64,000 bases of DNA from Raillietiella orientalis (taxonomy: Eukaryota), in NCBI GenBank assembly GCA_036172245.1, contig JAYWIR010000021.1, forward strand, positions 2,480,001 through 2,544,000, written 5' to 3'. The position numbers and the translations under genes were made by a program. Shown here in pieces: positions 62,880-64,000 of the stretch (positions are counted from its first letter, which is position 1; each line of letters begins with the position of its first letter). The notes beneath the pieces were generated by a model that was not told where the DNA came from, made no database searches, and worked only from the letters and a program-made list of their open reading frames with translations.

Positions 62880-64000
62880 CGACCCCGTCATGCCCACCAT
62901 CCCATCGCAGGGGTTCCGGTTGCACTTCTCTTCTACCTGCCAACAGAATGAAGTCTGTTCGAGCGACCTGGCCCCCTTGCTTTCCAGGAGGGAACATCCC
63001 TACGCGCGGGCTGCTCCGTGGCCTTGCAGTTTCTCGCTACCCCAGGAACCGGGAAGGTAGACGGAGAGAGAAGAGTACGAAGTCGCTGGTGAGGGAATCG
63101 ACCCCGGCAACCTCCGTACCTCTCTGGAGCAGGTCAGGGAGACAGAGACCCGGGGATCGGCCAGGCAATCAACGCTGCGCTCCACCCTAGGGTCAGCTGG
63201 GACGCTCTCGCCACCTCCCATCTCATCGCACCTCCCCCCTCCCTCCATCTGGAGCTGCGAACGAGCGGGACGTGCGCGCGGCCATCTCTCCCTCGGCGGC
63301 CGGAGCAGCGGTTAGCGCGCGCATGGGCTTTCTCGACGCGAGCGTTCCTCCGGAGGGACTCCGACAGTCCTCGGGTGCGTGTCCCGGGAGTCGGAAGCAG
63401 CCCCTCGAGAGCGAGCTTCTGGATCGCACCTGCCCCAGTCCACTCCTCTCCCCTCTCGCATCTCTTCCCTCGGTCGTCTCCCCTCCCCGAAATAGTCCCG
63501 GAACCAAGGGGACTGTCTCTCACCCCTCCCCGCCACCTCGTTCCCGCACCTTCTCTCCCTCCCGGGAACGATGCTCATCTGACGACGCTTCCCTCCCTCT
63601 CCCGCTCCTCCCTCGGCGAAGGAGGAAGCAGCTCCCAGGAGAAGGAGGATCTATGAGAAGGTGTCTGAATAGGGATCCCCGGAATCTCCAGGAAGTGGAG
63701 AAAGAAGGGTAGACCCGCCACCGCGACCCCCTCGGAGTGGAACGGCTGGATAGTTCGGAAGAGACTCACGATCATCCTCAGGGCTTAAGTCTCGGGAAGA
63801 GCAAAAGGATCGACCCCCAGTATCCCAGGTGAGTCCTCCGGGCCAGACACAGTACTAAGGGGAGGAAGGGCACTCCGGTCTTGCCAACGCCGTGGTCCGT
63901 GACTCTGGCCTCTTGTTCGGTTCCGAAGGACATGCCCTGAGAAACGGGATCTGTCGGAAATGTCGCTCGATCATCCACAACGGTTCCGGGAACCTTGCCG
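62880..64000 (+). pseudogene. Probable degenerate LINE ORF1, running off the window end
   Basis: GC-rich, low complexity. EWNGW...SIPG is followed, in another frame, by GICRKCRSIIH, like the Tx1 ORF1 G.WNG.R..IP..GQ-C..C...H order. Confidence 0.45.

Overview
This is eukaryotic, probably animal, genomic DNA. One intact host gene is supported: a 7-exon B-type cyclin on the minus strand (CDS 47636->45819, 416 aa by my exon model). It has a D-box (RTALTDVSN), an MRAIL cyclin box, a CPE plus AAUAAA in the 3'UTR, and CHR/E-box motifs upstream. The gene sits in an AT-rich island at about 44.6-49.5 kb. Most of the rest is nested, frameshifted L1/Tx1-like non-LTR retrotransposon debris on both strands (ORF1 zinc knuckles, APE endonuclease, RT, C-terminal CCHC finger). 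No intact ORF1 or ORF2 was found. Other features are a pogo/Tigger-like MITE, a 44-bp minisatellite and three perfect 18-21 bp palindromes. The most interesting signal is a ~150-250 nt retroelement 3' tail present in about 12 copies. It has three stem-loops whose sequence varies while pairing is kept, and an AATAAA just before the last hairpin. In three TSD-bounded insertions it ends in only a few A-rich bases, with no poly(A). It also occurs alone (151 bp, 18-bp TSD) and as a head-to-tail array. All family assignments are motif recognition by eye, and boundaries of decayed elements are approximate. No rRNA, tRNA or CRISPR array was seen.
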